NCBI GenBank assembly: GCA_001179505.1
Contig: CDMY01000499.1
Span: 248,001-312,000 of the forward strand
Reading direction: 5' to 3'
Source of the DNA: Vitrella brassicaformis CCMP3155
Taxonomy: Eukaryota; Protista; Chromerida
Length of the DNA stretch: 64,000 bases
In this document: positions 35,586-47,000 of the stretch, in pieces
Position numbering within the stretch: the first letter of the stretch is position 1
Layout of the letters: the number at the start of each line of letters is the position of its first letter
Program-made: the position numbers and the translations under genes
The notes under the pieces: model-generated
Database searches by the model: none
Told to the model about the DNA's origin: nothing
What the model saw: the letters and a program-made list of their open reading frames with translations, nothing else

Positions 35586-38500
35586 TCACTCATTCGTCTG
35601 CTGCTCACCCTCATTCGGATTGACGGCCGTAGAGGGTACCGCTCCGATGGCGTTAGCGGCAAACAGCTCCGCTTGACGTTGCTGCTCCACTTGACAGTTC
35701 TGCACACAGCATACAGCCACAGCCACATAGACACACAGACACACAGACACACAGATGGTCCAAGACACCCGCTCTCGCGTCCCTCCCTCCCTCTCTCTCT
35801 CTGTTATCTGCTGACCTCTGTCTCCTCCTTGGCTTTCTTTGCCTTCTTCCTTCGCCGCCTCGTCTCACTCTCAGAGGAGCCAGAGGAGCTGCTGTTGTTA
35901 CTGTCGCTGCCGCTGCCGCTGCCGCTGCCGCTGCCGCTGCCGCTGCGGCTGTCCTGGCCGCTGTCGTCGCCGCTGTCGTCGCCGCTGTCCTGGCCGCTGT
36001 CGTCGCCGCTGTCGTCGCCGCTGTCGTCGCCGCTGTCGTCGCGCTTCCTCTTTGCCTTCTCCCTCTGCCGCCTCGTGTCACTCTCAGAGGAGCCAGAGGA
36101 GCTGCTGCTGTTATTGTCGCTGCCGCTGCCGCTGCGGCTGTCCTGGCCGCTGTCGTCGCCCCTGTCGTCGCCCCTGTCGTCGCGCTTCCTCTTGCGCTCA
36201 TCACGGTCACTGTCAGCAGCGTCTTCACCGATGTCCTGGTCCTCCTCATCGCCTACAAACCTGCGACAGAGACGCTTGGACCTGATAAAAAGAGGACACG
36301 GGAATGCCACCCCATGCTGCATTGGACTGGTGAGGTGGATCTTCATTTGTTTATACGATTGCTTACGCGGGTGGTTGTCCCTCTGGTTGCATGTAGCCGA
36401 AGGGCATGGATGGGAGTCGTCCCTCAGGTCCCCCCTGCACCTCCCGCAGCCGCTCCACCGCCCACTCGCCCGTGAGCGCCTTCTCGTCGGGCGGCGGCGG
36501 GTAGCCTGCCCCCGGGGACATCTCCTCGGCACGGGGACGCTTCGGCACACGAGCAGGGTACTGGAACGGCGTGTCGCTGGCGAAACAACAGACGAGTGAG
36601 TGAACAGCAGTCATCGATTCGCAAGTAGGTGTCTGGGTAAAGGGTCTTACTTGGGTGTTGAGCATGAGATGACGAGTTGCTGGTGTTGTTCGAGAGCCTG
36701 CTCTGCCTTGTCTGGATCCACCTCATGGGTGTAGCCACGTCGGGTGGGGGTGTACATGAGGGCCTTGACGTGTGCCGCCACGCTCTGGGCGAAGGGAGAG
36801 AGCGCGTTACCACGAGTGTTATACCCTCCCTCCAGTACCGACACTGATGAATCGATACAGACACAGAAATACAGCGTGCATCGGCAAATGCGGGTCTTGT
36901 GTTTGTGCTTGTCATTCGTTGCCGGCCTACCAACTCTGGCGTTTCCATGATCGTTTGCGACGGTCATGAGCTTCTGAGTGGCCCACTCGTAGTCCCACTC
37001 AGTCAGAATAGACATAGTATGGCCGCCCAGGTCATCCTCTTTGTGGCCGTCAAACCCCGCCGAGATGAAGATGATGTCTGTACACCACACAGAAGGGTAA
37101 AAGAGGAAGAATGAAGGGACTCGCTGTCATCGCTGTCTGTCTGTCTGTCTGTCTTACCTGGTTTGAATTTCCTGAGTGGCTGGAGCACCTCGGTCTCAAA
37201 GTGGAGCCGGAAGCCATACACCTTCTCCCTGAAGGCATGCTCTGTCCGCTCCTTCAGCCAGCGCCGCGCCATCCCGCCTTCGCCACCATTCTCACCCGCC
37301 CCCTCATGCTGCTGTGACGCATCCATCCCCTCGAGGCCGGCTAGCCTGTGCTGCTCGTCAGTGTTGGTGCAGTACATGAGGGGGCGGAGGGGTACATTGA
37401 TGATGGTGGGGGAGGGGCCAAGGGGGGGCGAGCCGACACTCTCGCTGCCCTGCACGTTGGGGCGGTCGTGTGTGGGGCCGCCGGTCCCGGGGTAGAAATT
37501 GGTCGACGGATCATAGACTGGAAAGAGAACAAAAGGCACCGGAGACAGACCAATCAGATGGTGATGTTGTGGCTTGCTTTGTGGTGTGGTTACCATGTAT
37601 GGATGCGAAGAATATGTTGTCTGGATCCGTCTCGTCGAGCCACAGCTGGAAGGCGTCCTCCGTCAACGTCAGGCTCTGCGCCCGCACGAAGTGGCCTGAA
37701 CCAGCTGGGAACGACACCTGCGCCCGCATGAAGCGGTCTGAACCAGCTGGGAACGACACCTGCACACAGCCGCCACAACACCGGAAAGACAGAGACAGAT
37801 AGAGTGGGGGCCAGTTATTCGTATTAGGGAAGGACCGATGAGTTGAGCTCACCTTCTGCTGCCTGACGCGTCTTCGGACATTTCGCACGATGACCTCCGT
37901 GCCGTTCCCATGGTGGACGTTGAAATCCACGATAGCGACCCGCTCCACACCTACACATTCACTCATTCACATACACACAGGCGATTAGAAAGCAACATCA
38001 GATAACGTACCGTGCCTCCGATGGACTGCGCGAGCGTAGGCAGCCCCGATGGCCACATTGTTGAGCAGACAAAAGCCTTGGCTGCCCACACTGTGAGACA
38101 CACGGACAGCACAAACATTCATCCATCCATCTGCCCATTGTTTGTGAGTGTATGTGGTTGGTATGCATGTGTACATGAGGTCTTCGTCTTGAGTGTCCTC
38201 CACGTTGGCCCCAGCTGGACCCAAATGGTGACCGGGTGGACGGACTGCGCACAGCAAGGAAAAACCAACAAGATGCATGCATACATCCACGAATCACATG
38301 TCTCTTTGCACGTACTTGCGCAGAAGGCATTTCTGATGTTGGTCGTTGGGTCCATGACCTGGTCCACCTGCATTTTAAGGCACATGGCTTGACTAAGCTT
38401 TGGCATTAAGAGGAGGTCTCTGGTGGTGTTCTGCAACAACCTACCGCCTCAATGACCGCGCCCGCAGCACACATGGCCGCACTGAGCGAGTGGGAGCTCA

Positions 38501-41234
38501 GCGGAGTGTCTCCGTCGAAATCTACATGAAGCATACACCACACAGGGGAAATGGATATGTAGCCAAGGCTGTTGGCGTGTGGTCTGGCATCTCACCTGCC
38601 CGAGCGCCGGGGTTGTCCCGAATCTGCTGGGTGCTGACGCATCAAGAGGGAGAATACACAGGTGCAGATGTTCACTGCTTGCTCATTTCATGCCGTCTCG
38701 CTGTTGGCTGCTTACGCCGCTTTGAGGCTGTCGATGTATTTGAGTTCGTGGACGCGGAGGATGTCTGCCATACTGACGGGGAGCGGGTCACTGATGAGCA
38801 CAGTGCTCTGGAAGCCCGCCGTTTGCAACACACCGAGCCGCTCCTTCACCAACACCTGCAGGCATGTATTGAGCAGTCATCTGCGGTTGATTGTCTGTGT
38901 GTCCATTTGGTGTAGCTGACCTCCATTCGTGTGGCATTTTCTGGCGTGTCCTGGATTCGCTGAAACCGCGTATTGGGGTCGTCTGAGGGCTCGGGCAGCT
39001 CCAGGTGCTTGCTGCACACAAACGTACGCAACCAGAGCGACAATCGATACAGCCGTACCATGCACGTGTGCAGTGAACACATTTTCGGGGAGCTTACGGG
39101 CACTCTGGGTGCGTGATGATTGCAGTGCGGAGCTTGGTGGGTATGCCCGACTCTGAGTTGCCCTCTCCCAACAGCAAAGGGCCGTCCTGCCGCAATTGGC
39201 ATACCTGGGACTTGATCGACTCGATCGACACTAAAGACACACAGACAGACAGGCAGGCAGGCAGACAGACAGAAACATGGATATGAGACCCTCGTTGGAT
39301 CCCTTTCCAGCTGACTGACCAGGCTCAGCTTCCCGCTCCTGCAGAACGTCAATGACGTGGGCGAACTCATCTTGGTAACCACAGTGCAGAGCTGCCTGGC
39401 GAAACTCATCCATCACTTCCTGAACACATACATGGCCAACAACAGGAAGCACAATGAGGGCGCCAAATCAAAGCATCTGCATGGACGTCATTCTTGTGCG
39501 TCATCTGCTGCTCACATCCTTAATCTTTTCCCCGCGCGCAGCGAAGATCAGCAAGGCCATCAGACAACGCCACGCACCCCTGTTGGCAACAAATGGAATA
39601 ACAAAACAGTCAGCGTCTATGGCCAATTCCATCTATGCATCGTATCGTCATTATCTTGCCTTTCGATGGCTCTGAGTATGTGGGCCTTGGTGACTTGGAT
39701 GCCTCCCTCCACGAGCGGCTCGACGCACATCCATGCATCCGGCGTCCGCGAGTCGATGGCGTAATCGAGCGCCAGGTTGCCATAGTGGTCCTGGCACACA
39801 GCAACCGGGCGCATGCAGCAGACGGGCTTGATTCATGTCTTTTATGTGTGCATACCGGTATCCTGGGGTCTACGTGATCGAGGAGAAACTGAACGAGATC
39901 TGCGGCGCCAGCCTGGGCAGCGCGGTGCAGCACGGTGCAGCCGAGGAAGTCACGAGCGTCACACGAGGGGCTGGGGTGCTCGAAACCAACCAATAACTTG
40001 AGGCACTCCAGCACGTCACCGCGGTACTCCTCAAACCCTGACAGGTACACACACCAGAGGTGCACCCAGTCCATCCATGAATGCTGGTGTGATGTCATTG
40101 AGTGCCTCCCCGCCTCCCTTCCTCCCCTAACAACGCACCAGCCATCGCCAGAGGAAGAATGATGGTGGGTATGTTGTTGTAGCCCCCCTCCAGGCTCAGA
40201 ATGTCCTCATTCAGCCACGCCCCCTTGCCCTTCCCCTTCCCCTTTCCCTTCCCCTTCCCCTTTCCCAGGCCGCCGCTGCTCTCGATGTGGTGGGCCGCGC
40301 GGACGACCTCTACAGCTGTGCGCATCAGGGCCTGCAGAAACTTCGCTTTGGCGTGCAATAAACACAATTTCGCCGGCGGCAGCTCAGCGCAATTCGCACC
40401 GTCACCCACAATGCCAATACCTGCAAACAAACAGACTACGAATATAAGAAGACCTGTGTCTCTGTGAGTCGTGCTTTTTTCCCTTCCATTACGGGATTGG
40501 TAATGTGGGAGCCCCAGTGCTGTCTCGAAGTCCTCGAAGTTGTCGGAGTATATCATATCCCCCAGCTCCCGTCCGTAGAATCTGTCGAAGTTGTCTCGCG
40601 TAATGAATTGGCGCACGATGACATCTTCAGGGAGGATATCGGCGATCTCACCGACGGGTCTGCCGCCGGGCGAAGGAGTGAAGAGGTTGGGGAGGAGCGG
40701 CTGGGAAGGCATATTATCTTGGTCCATGGAAGAGGTCTCCTCCTCCTCTTCCTCGCTCTCTTCGTCCTCATCCGCGGCCGGCTCCTCGTCCTGGTCCTGC
40801 AGCTCGATGTCTGCGTCATGGGATGGCTGTTCGGTGTCCATCTGATCGTATTCGCCGCCCTCGACATCCATCAGATTCTCCTTACTCTGCCCGCTCAACC
40901 GGCCCACCCCCTCCCCGTTGATGTGCACCTCCTCGTTGAACCGCACTTTCTTCATGGGTCGGCTCGGCAGCGAGGGAGGAGGCACATGGACCAATGGCTG
41001 CACGGCCGCTGCACTGGCCGAGGCACTCGCCGAGGCACTGGCCGATGCACTCGCCGAGGCACTGGCCAATGCACTCGCTGCTGCCGGGCCGCTTTGAAGA
41101 CGCCCGCCGTCTGTCGGTGGCCGTTGCCGCTTGGACCCATTCCCATTGCCCATACCGAGCCCCCTCCCGTCTGGCGGCAAGTCGTCATCCTCCCACCTCA
41201 GCCTGCGGCGGTATGCAGGGGATGGCTGCGTCAT
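35586..41234 (-). CDS. Ankyrin-repeat + class II-type histone deacetylase domain protein with acidic D/S/G tail
   Basis: Continuous phase-compatible exon chain from ATG 41234 to TGA 35586: ANK repeats (CTVLHRAA, GNLALDYA), HDAC motifs THPEC...TPENATR, ILRVH..YI, IRPPGHH, GFCLLNNVAIG, DFNVHHGNG, FYPGTG, SAGFDGH, LEGGY. One GC-AG intron (39659-39580). May extend upstream to 43003. Confidence 0.85.
35820..36200 (-). repeat. Coding hierarchical repeat: two ~200-nt blocks, each with 12-nt (DDSG) and 6-nt (GS) sub-repeats
   Basis: Block ctcactctcagaggagccagaggagctgctg...gctgccgct...gtcctggccgctgtcgtcgcc occurs at ~35860-36040 and ~36075-36190. Confidence 0.9.
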
Positions 41235-43003
41235 GCAGGGGATGGTTGCGTCATGCGGGGGGCAGGGGATGGCTGTGTCATCCGTGGGGCGTTGAGCTGC
41301 TCATCTCTGCGGCGCAATGCAGGGGCTGCTTGAGTCATGCGGGGAACGCTCGGCGTCACCGCGGGTTGCTGCTGCTGCTGCTCACGCGGACGCTCATTGC
41401 CACTGGGCTGCACACACACACAGACAGACATGCACATACACAGGTGATGTGGGTGGCTGTGTTGTGTGTGTGTGTGAGTGTGTGTGTGGGCGGGGAGGGG
41501 GCAGGGGCGACGGACGTACTCACCTTGGCGGGCACCCCAGTGCGTTTGCGCAGGTCCCATATCTTCTTGCGGTCGCCCACGATGCGCATCGCGGCCATCT
41601 CCTGCTCGCTGCACACGACACACAACATACCATACCACGTCGGGAGGTAAGCCATGAGCAGCTCTCTCTCTCTCTCTCTGTGTGTGTGTGTCTATGTGTG
41701 TGTGTGTGTGTCTGTGTCTGTGTCTGTCTGTCTGTGTGTGTTATGCGGCTTACAGCTTTTCGATGTCCTCCTCAAGTCGGTACACCTGGCGATACTCCTG
41801 GACACGACCATGCATGGAGACCGATGCATAAAATGCTGCTGTGTTGTGTCCCTCCCTCCCTCCGTCACTCCGTCCCCCACTCACCGCAGCATTGGCTGGT
41901 GCCGTGGCAGCGAACGCGCCCCTGCCGGTGCCAGAAGGCTGCTGCTGCTCGCCTGTGGGCTCCTCCTCGTCCTCGTCCAGGTCGATGGTGATGACCTCAC
42001 GGTCAGAAGGGGGCTGGGGAGGCCCCGTGGCATGCACCTGAAGGAAGGAAGGAATGAACCACACGCACACAGGGAACGGGTAGGCGCCTTTATCTCCCTC
42101 CCTCTCGCCCTCCCTCCCTCCCTCCCTCCCTCCCTCTGTCTGTCTGTCTGTCTGTCTGCTTTGTGGGTGTGTGTGAGGGTGCTGATCCACTGGTACCTGG
42201 CGGCCCATGCCCAAACCTGGACCTGCGGGTGCTCCGATGCCCCTGGGTGGCTGCGGCTTGGGCCGCACCTCCTTGCCCAACACGTTGCTGGCCACCTGGC
42301 CACTCACACCAACAACAACACCACTGACACGACCACCACCACGGCCGGCTGAAGCAGCTGCTGCCGCCGCTGCAGGGGCGGCCACCTGCTGCACCTGGAG
42401 TGGCTGCTGGTGCTGCATAGGCACCTGGTTGCTCTCCTCCCGCCCGGTATACTGCTGCTGCTGGGGCTGCTGGTATTGGTACTGCTGCTGTTGCATCATG
42501 CCGAGCAAGCCAGGTCCCTCCCGCATGGGCTGCGATGGCATGGTGGGAATGGGCGACTCTTGCGGGGGCGGCGAGAGCGTCTCCTCAAACCCAGACGCAC
42601 CCGAGTTGCGGCCGGACGTGAACGGCGGTGTGGTGATGAACGGCGGCTGCAGCACCTCCATCCGCTCCACCTCCTTGTGGTGTTCGATCAGCCGACGGGT
42701 CGCGGCCTTCATCCGCGCCGTCCGGGCGAGCTGGTCGGTGATGTCGGGCTTCTTGCGACGCATCCCTGGGGCGAGGATGGCCGGTGCGCGGGTGCCGGGG
42801 TGCCCCATGTACTTCTTCAGGAACTTGTTCAGGAAGCCCACTTGCGCAACGAGCGGGTTCCCCGTGCCGTGTCGCTGGCGAGGCAAGTGGGCCCTGCCCG
42901 AGCCGACCCTGCCTGGGGGCGGGTTGTGCCGCTGCCAGAACAGCCAGGCACTGGGCCCTTCGTCCTCCATCGCGCCCATCATCGGCTCCATTGGCTCGGT
43001 CAC
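41231..43003 (-). CDS. Q/P-rich 5' exons (MTEPMEPMMG...), either the N-terminus of the HDAC gene or a separate gene ending at a TGA overlapping the HDAC ATG
   Basis: Exons 43003-41753, ~41607-41524 and ~41407 onward splice in phase and end at TGA 41233-41231, which overlaps ATG 41234-41232 inside an MTQPSPA tandem repeat. Confidence 0.6.
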
Positions 43004-43299
43004 CTCAGAGGGATGTGGGACACGTCAAATGAGAGTTGAAAACGGTGGTGCTCCGCGGGTTCGACACACAGAAGACAGCGGGAAGCTTCTAACTAAAGGA
43101 AATGTGCACGTGTGAAGTGCGAGTGCACTCCACTAAGGGCAGCCCCCAGTGGCCCCCCAAGCTCGCATCACACACTCGAGAAGGAGGCACCGTAGGCATG
43201 GAGGCACCTGCATGCACCATGTAGCATGGAGATGTATACTTCCTGAAGATCTGCACTGCTGACAGTCGGCTGACAGACGTATCTGCACGCACTCATTGG

Positions 43300-43411
43300 C
43301 TTTGCTTCGTCCGTGGACCGTCGCTGTGGCCGTCCTCTCAGGTACGTGGGCAATGGCCACGAAGGCGTGATCACTGCGTTTCGCTGTGCCTGCCGTGTGT
43401 GGCTGTGTGTC

Positions 43412-43450
<39 letters not shown>

Positions 43451-43653
43451 CATCAGCGATATGCGGCTACGTCTTTGTGTCATCCCCTCTCGACCCCGTC
43501 ATCGTGCCGTTCCATGACGTGGCGCCCATGCCCACCGGGGCCTTCCCCATTCAGACCTTCCTGAATGCCTCCAGGACCGCTCTTGCGTGTGTGCAGGGTG
43601 GGGAGGCCTTCGCAGCTGACAAGAACGGCTTTGTCTACACAGGCACCTCAGAA
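43300..43653 (+). pseudogene. Orphan exon(s) of an unknown gene
   Basis: Coding-like block ICGYVFVSSPLDPVIVPFHDVAPMPTGAFPIQTFLNAS...FVYTGTSE bounded by cag and gtgggc with a typical AC/GT intron upstream; the downstream sequence passes into the duplicated unit with no further exon. Confidence 0.35.
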
Positions 43654-44459
43654 GGTGGGCGCTGCGGATCGGACGGGAGAAGGATGGATGGATGGATGGA
43701 TGGATGTGTCTGGTGGATGACGACACATGGAGCACGTCACCTTCACCGCACCACACAGAATGGTGTCAAGCGCTGGCCAGCCATGTGTCCATCTGAGCCC
43801 CATGGATGGGCTCAACGATCACATGGCATGCCGGGCCGGGCTGGGGCGCTGCTGAAGGTGTCATGACTCGCCGATTAATGCATTCACTCTCACGTACTTG
43901 TCCATCATAGGTACTGCATGTCCCTTGATGTGATCCATACTTGTCTGCTTACCGCATGCAGGAGGGACACATCATGCTATGCTTGTGCGGGTGTGTCTCG
44001 GTGTGTATAACGTCCGGGTGCGGCGGGTAGTCCATTACATGGCATGCAGACAGACACCTGCAGTGTGTTATGTGTAGCGAAATGTCATCTCATCTCCTCT
44101 CTGCCTGTCTGTCTGTTCGTGCGGTGCGTCACTTCAAGCAAATTACAGGTTGAGTACGAATGACAATCCAATCCAATCAGCTCACCTCAGCTCCTGTGCA
44201 AGTCAGGTCCCCTCTCTCAAAATGGCATCACTGCCAAAGATCAGATGAGATGAGATGTCTGTGAGGCGAAACATGACCCGTGAGACTGTCACCAACAAAT
44301 ATAAAATGTAGACAGCGATGTGACGGACATCGGAGGAATCGATGAACACGGATGCGCACACAGCGGCCGGCCATTCAGGAATGGTGGGCGAAAGTCACCT
44401 GAGACACGACACCGATATGTCTCTCTGCTGCCTGCTGGTGGCTGCGTTTGTCTTCGCTT

Positions 44460-45620
44460 ACCAGTGATTTTGCCTTTTGCCTCTTTCTCCTCTCGCTTGC
44501 GGGATGGCGATAAGAAGACGCTGTCGAGGTCGACCACGACGGTGGTCTTGCTGTTGATGATGGCCGCGCTGAGGGCCGCCTCGATCATGGCCGTCATGGC
44601 CGCCTCAGCCTCGGTGATGAACCATCCATTGGTGGCGCGATGCTGCCCGGGTGAGGGCTGAACGATGGCCAGCGGCAGGCAGGCCGCCTTGGGCAACAGC
44701 GGGTACCCCTTGCTCTCCCGCCCTCTGTAGATGTTGACGCCCGCGCAGTAGGTCACTTGGATCGACTTGACGCCGGACAGCGCGCCCCATCCTGTGTTGG
44801 TCCGCAGGTGCTCGCACAGATCCGAGCGGCCGACGAGACCACCACGTTCCTCCAGATACAGGTCCTTGAGTTGAGTCTTCTGCTGCGCCACGTGTGTGGC
44901 CAGTGAGAGTGCCTGGGAGTCGATTCCAGGAAAGCCGAAGGGGTTGCTGGGTTTGTGGGGCAGGAACGTCAGGAGGAGGGTCGCCGCGGGGTCCTCCTTC
45001 TCAATCTTGAGAGCGCTGAAATTGAGAAGGGATAGATGGATGGATTGATTGACGAATCGATATCCTTCTCCCTCCCTGCCTCCCTCCTGTCTGCCTGCCT
45101 GCCTGCCTGCCCGTTGTGTGTGGCTAGGTACTTACACGTCCACCCAGTCGGCGGCGTGCAGGGACAGGTTGACCCCGTCCCAGGTGCTCCGATACGGCGG
45201 CATCATGTAGGGGTCCTTCTCTTGAATGACCTTGAGCTCGGGGGTGTAGTCGAAGTCCGAACCGTAGAAGAACACCGAGCCGCCGGTGCTCTCCTCGTTG
45301 CGCAGCCCGCCACGCGCGAAGCTGGTGATCTTGGCCCCCAGCTGGAGCAGGCGTTTCTGGTGTAGATCCAACGTCTCGGTAGCCGCCTCGATGTTGAGCT
45401 GCCGCACGGCGGGCAGCGACACCTCATAGTACCGAGGGGTCGGGGAGACAGTGGATTGGACCGTCTGGGGCGGAGGCATGAGGTGGCTGGCCGTCCACTG
45501 GTAGCCGAACTTGAGTGCGTGTTCGTTGGCGTCGAGAATCGCGTTTCGGGCGTTCCTGAGGAACTGCTTCCGCAGAGGTTCGGGAGGGGGCACCGGGTAG
45601 GGGGATGGGTCGTAGGGCCC
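44460..45620 (-). pseudogene. Truncated bacterial-type PARG / TIGR02452 (DUF2263)-like macrodomain, catalytic motif degenerate
   Basis: Two exons (45620-45136 and ~45015-44462, phase 2) give ...SLHAADWVDVALKIEKEDPAATLLLTF..KPSNPFGFPGIDSQALSLA...CAGVNIYRGRESKGYPLLP...IEAALSAAIINSKTTVVVD, matching by eye the order of macrodomain-PARG motifs. Family call from memory of the consensus, not a search. Confidence 0.5.
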
Positions 45621-47000
45621 GCAGAAACTTTGGCTTAGCGTGCAATAAACACAATTTGGCCGGCGGCAGCTCAGCGCGATTCGCACCGTCACCCACAATG
45701 TCAATACCTGCAGACAAACAGACCACGAAGATACAGACCACGAAGATAAGAAGACCCGTGTCTCTGTGAGTCGTGCTTTTTTCCCTTCCATTACGGGATT
45801 GGTAATGTGGGGCCTCCCTCCCTCCCTCCCTCCCTCCTTTCCTCACTCCCTCCTTTCCTTACTCCGTTCCCTACTGACGCACCAGCTTGTGCCATGGCGA
45901 GTGTGATGGTGGGGATGCCGTTGTACCCTCCTCGCAAGCTCAGCGGGTCGTCATTGATGAAGAATCCCATCTTGCCCTTGCCCTTGCCCTTCCCAAGGCC
46001 ACCGCTACTGACGGCTTGGGCCGCTTGGCCCTTCGCTGCCTCCATCAGGGCCCGCAGAAACGTGGGCTTAGCGTGCAACAAGCAGAGCTTGGCCGGCGGC
46101 AGCTCCACGCCATTCCCACCCCCACGAGCAATGCCCATACCTGCAAACAAACAAAGATCCGTGAGTCATGTGGAGTGTTTTTTTCGCTTACACACCGTTC
46201 TGGTAGTAGGGAAGAGCCAGCGCTCTCTTGAAGGCCTGGATGGGTGCGTCGGAGTAGATCATGTCGTTGAGTTCCCATCCGTCGAATGCGGCCAGCTCCT
46301 CTTGCTTACTGCTGCTGAATGAGCACTCGCTGTCCTCGCCAGGCGCCTCCCCTCTTCCTCGCCGTCGTCACGACTCCTCTTGTTCGGGCGGTGGGGCGGC
46401 TGCAGCTCCTCTGCTGGCACTCCGTTGGACATAGACCCCTGCTGCTGCTGCTGCTGCTGCTGTCTCTGCTGCTGCTCCATCGGCTGCTCCAGATCGGCGA
46501 TGGATAAGTCTTCGACGATGGGCTCCTCCTTCTCATCGATGATAGCGCCGTACTGCTGCTGCTGCTCCTGCTCTTCCTGGTTGATCGGGTCAACCGGCAC
46601 CAGAAGCGGCCCAATGGCATCAAATCCTTCCTCAGCCCTCATCTCCCTCTCCCTCTCCCTTTCCCTCTGCATTCGTTGTTTGTTTCTTTGGTGTTCCAGC
46701 CACAGCCGTACCGAGATTCTCATGTGGGCGGTCAGCTGGGCATTCGTCTTGGGTGTCCCCATCAGGCGACAGGCATAGCGGCGGGGCCCCATTCTGGTAA
46801 TGTGGCAGCTCCAGTGCTGTCTTATTGGAGTAGATTATGTCGTTGAGTTCTCGTCCATGGAATTCCTTGAAGTTGTCTCGCGTGAGGAACAAGCGCTCGA
46901 TGAAATCTTCGGGGAGGCCGGGCTGGTATGGACGCATCTCCTCCTGCTCTTCCAGCTCGTCAGCAGCAGCATCTGAATGGTCAAGACACACACACATATA
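45620..47000 (-). pseudogene. Stacked partial duplicates of the ankyrin-HDAC N-terminal exons
   Basis: Three fragments: FLTRDNFKEFHGRELNDIIY...LPHYQN; FDGWELNDMIY...LPYYQN|...AKLCLLHAKP...GGYNGIPTI; PHYQSR|...AKLCLLHAKPKFLRAL. None continues into ANK/HDAC exons. Confidence 0.7.

Noticed and set aside
35860-36190. CRISPR-like array or other regularly spaced repeats
   Set aside because: Repeats are contiguous coding units without unique spacers; eukaryotic context, no cas genes.
35460-36599. 379-aa plus-strand Leu/Ser/Pro-rich ORF and other frames over the same repeat
   Set aside because: Antisense reading of the HDAC tail repeat; repeat units lack stops in several frames.
41231-41233. Selenocysteine or stop read-through at the TGA upstream of the HDAC frame
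   Set aside because: The downstream coding sequence is in a different frame, so read-through would not join them.
44515-44550. VVVDLDSV as a HAD/FCP1 phosphatase DxD motif
   Set aside because: It lies at the C-terminal end of the domain and lacks DxDx(T/V) context and the other HAD motifs; the surrounding sequence fits a macrodomain better.
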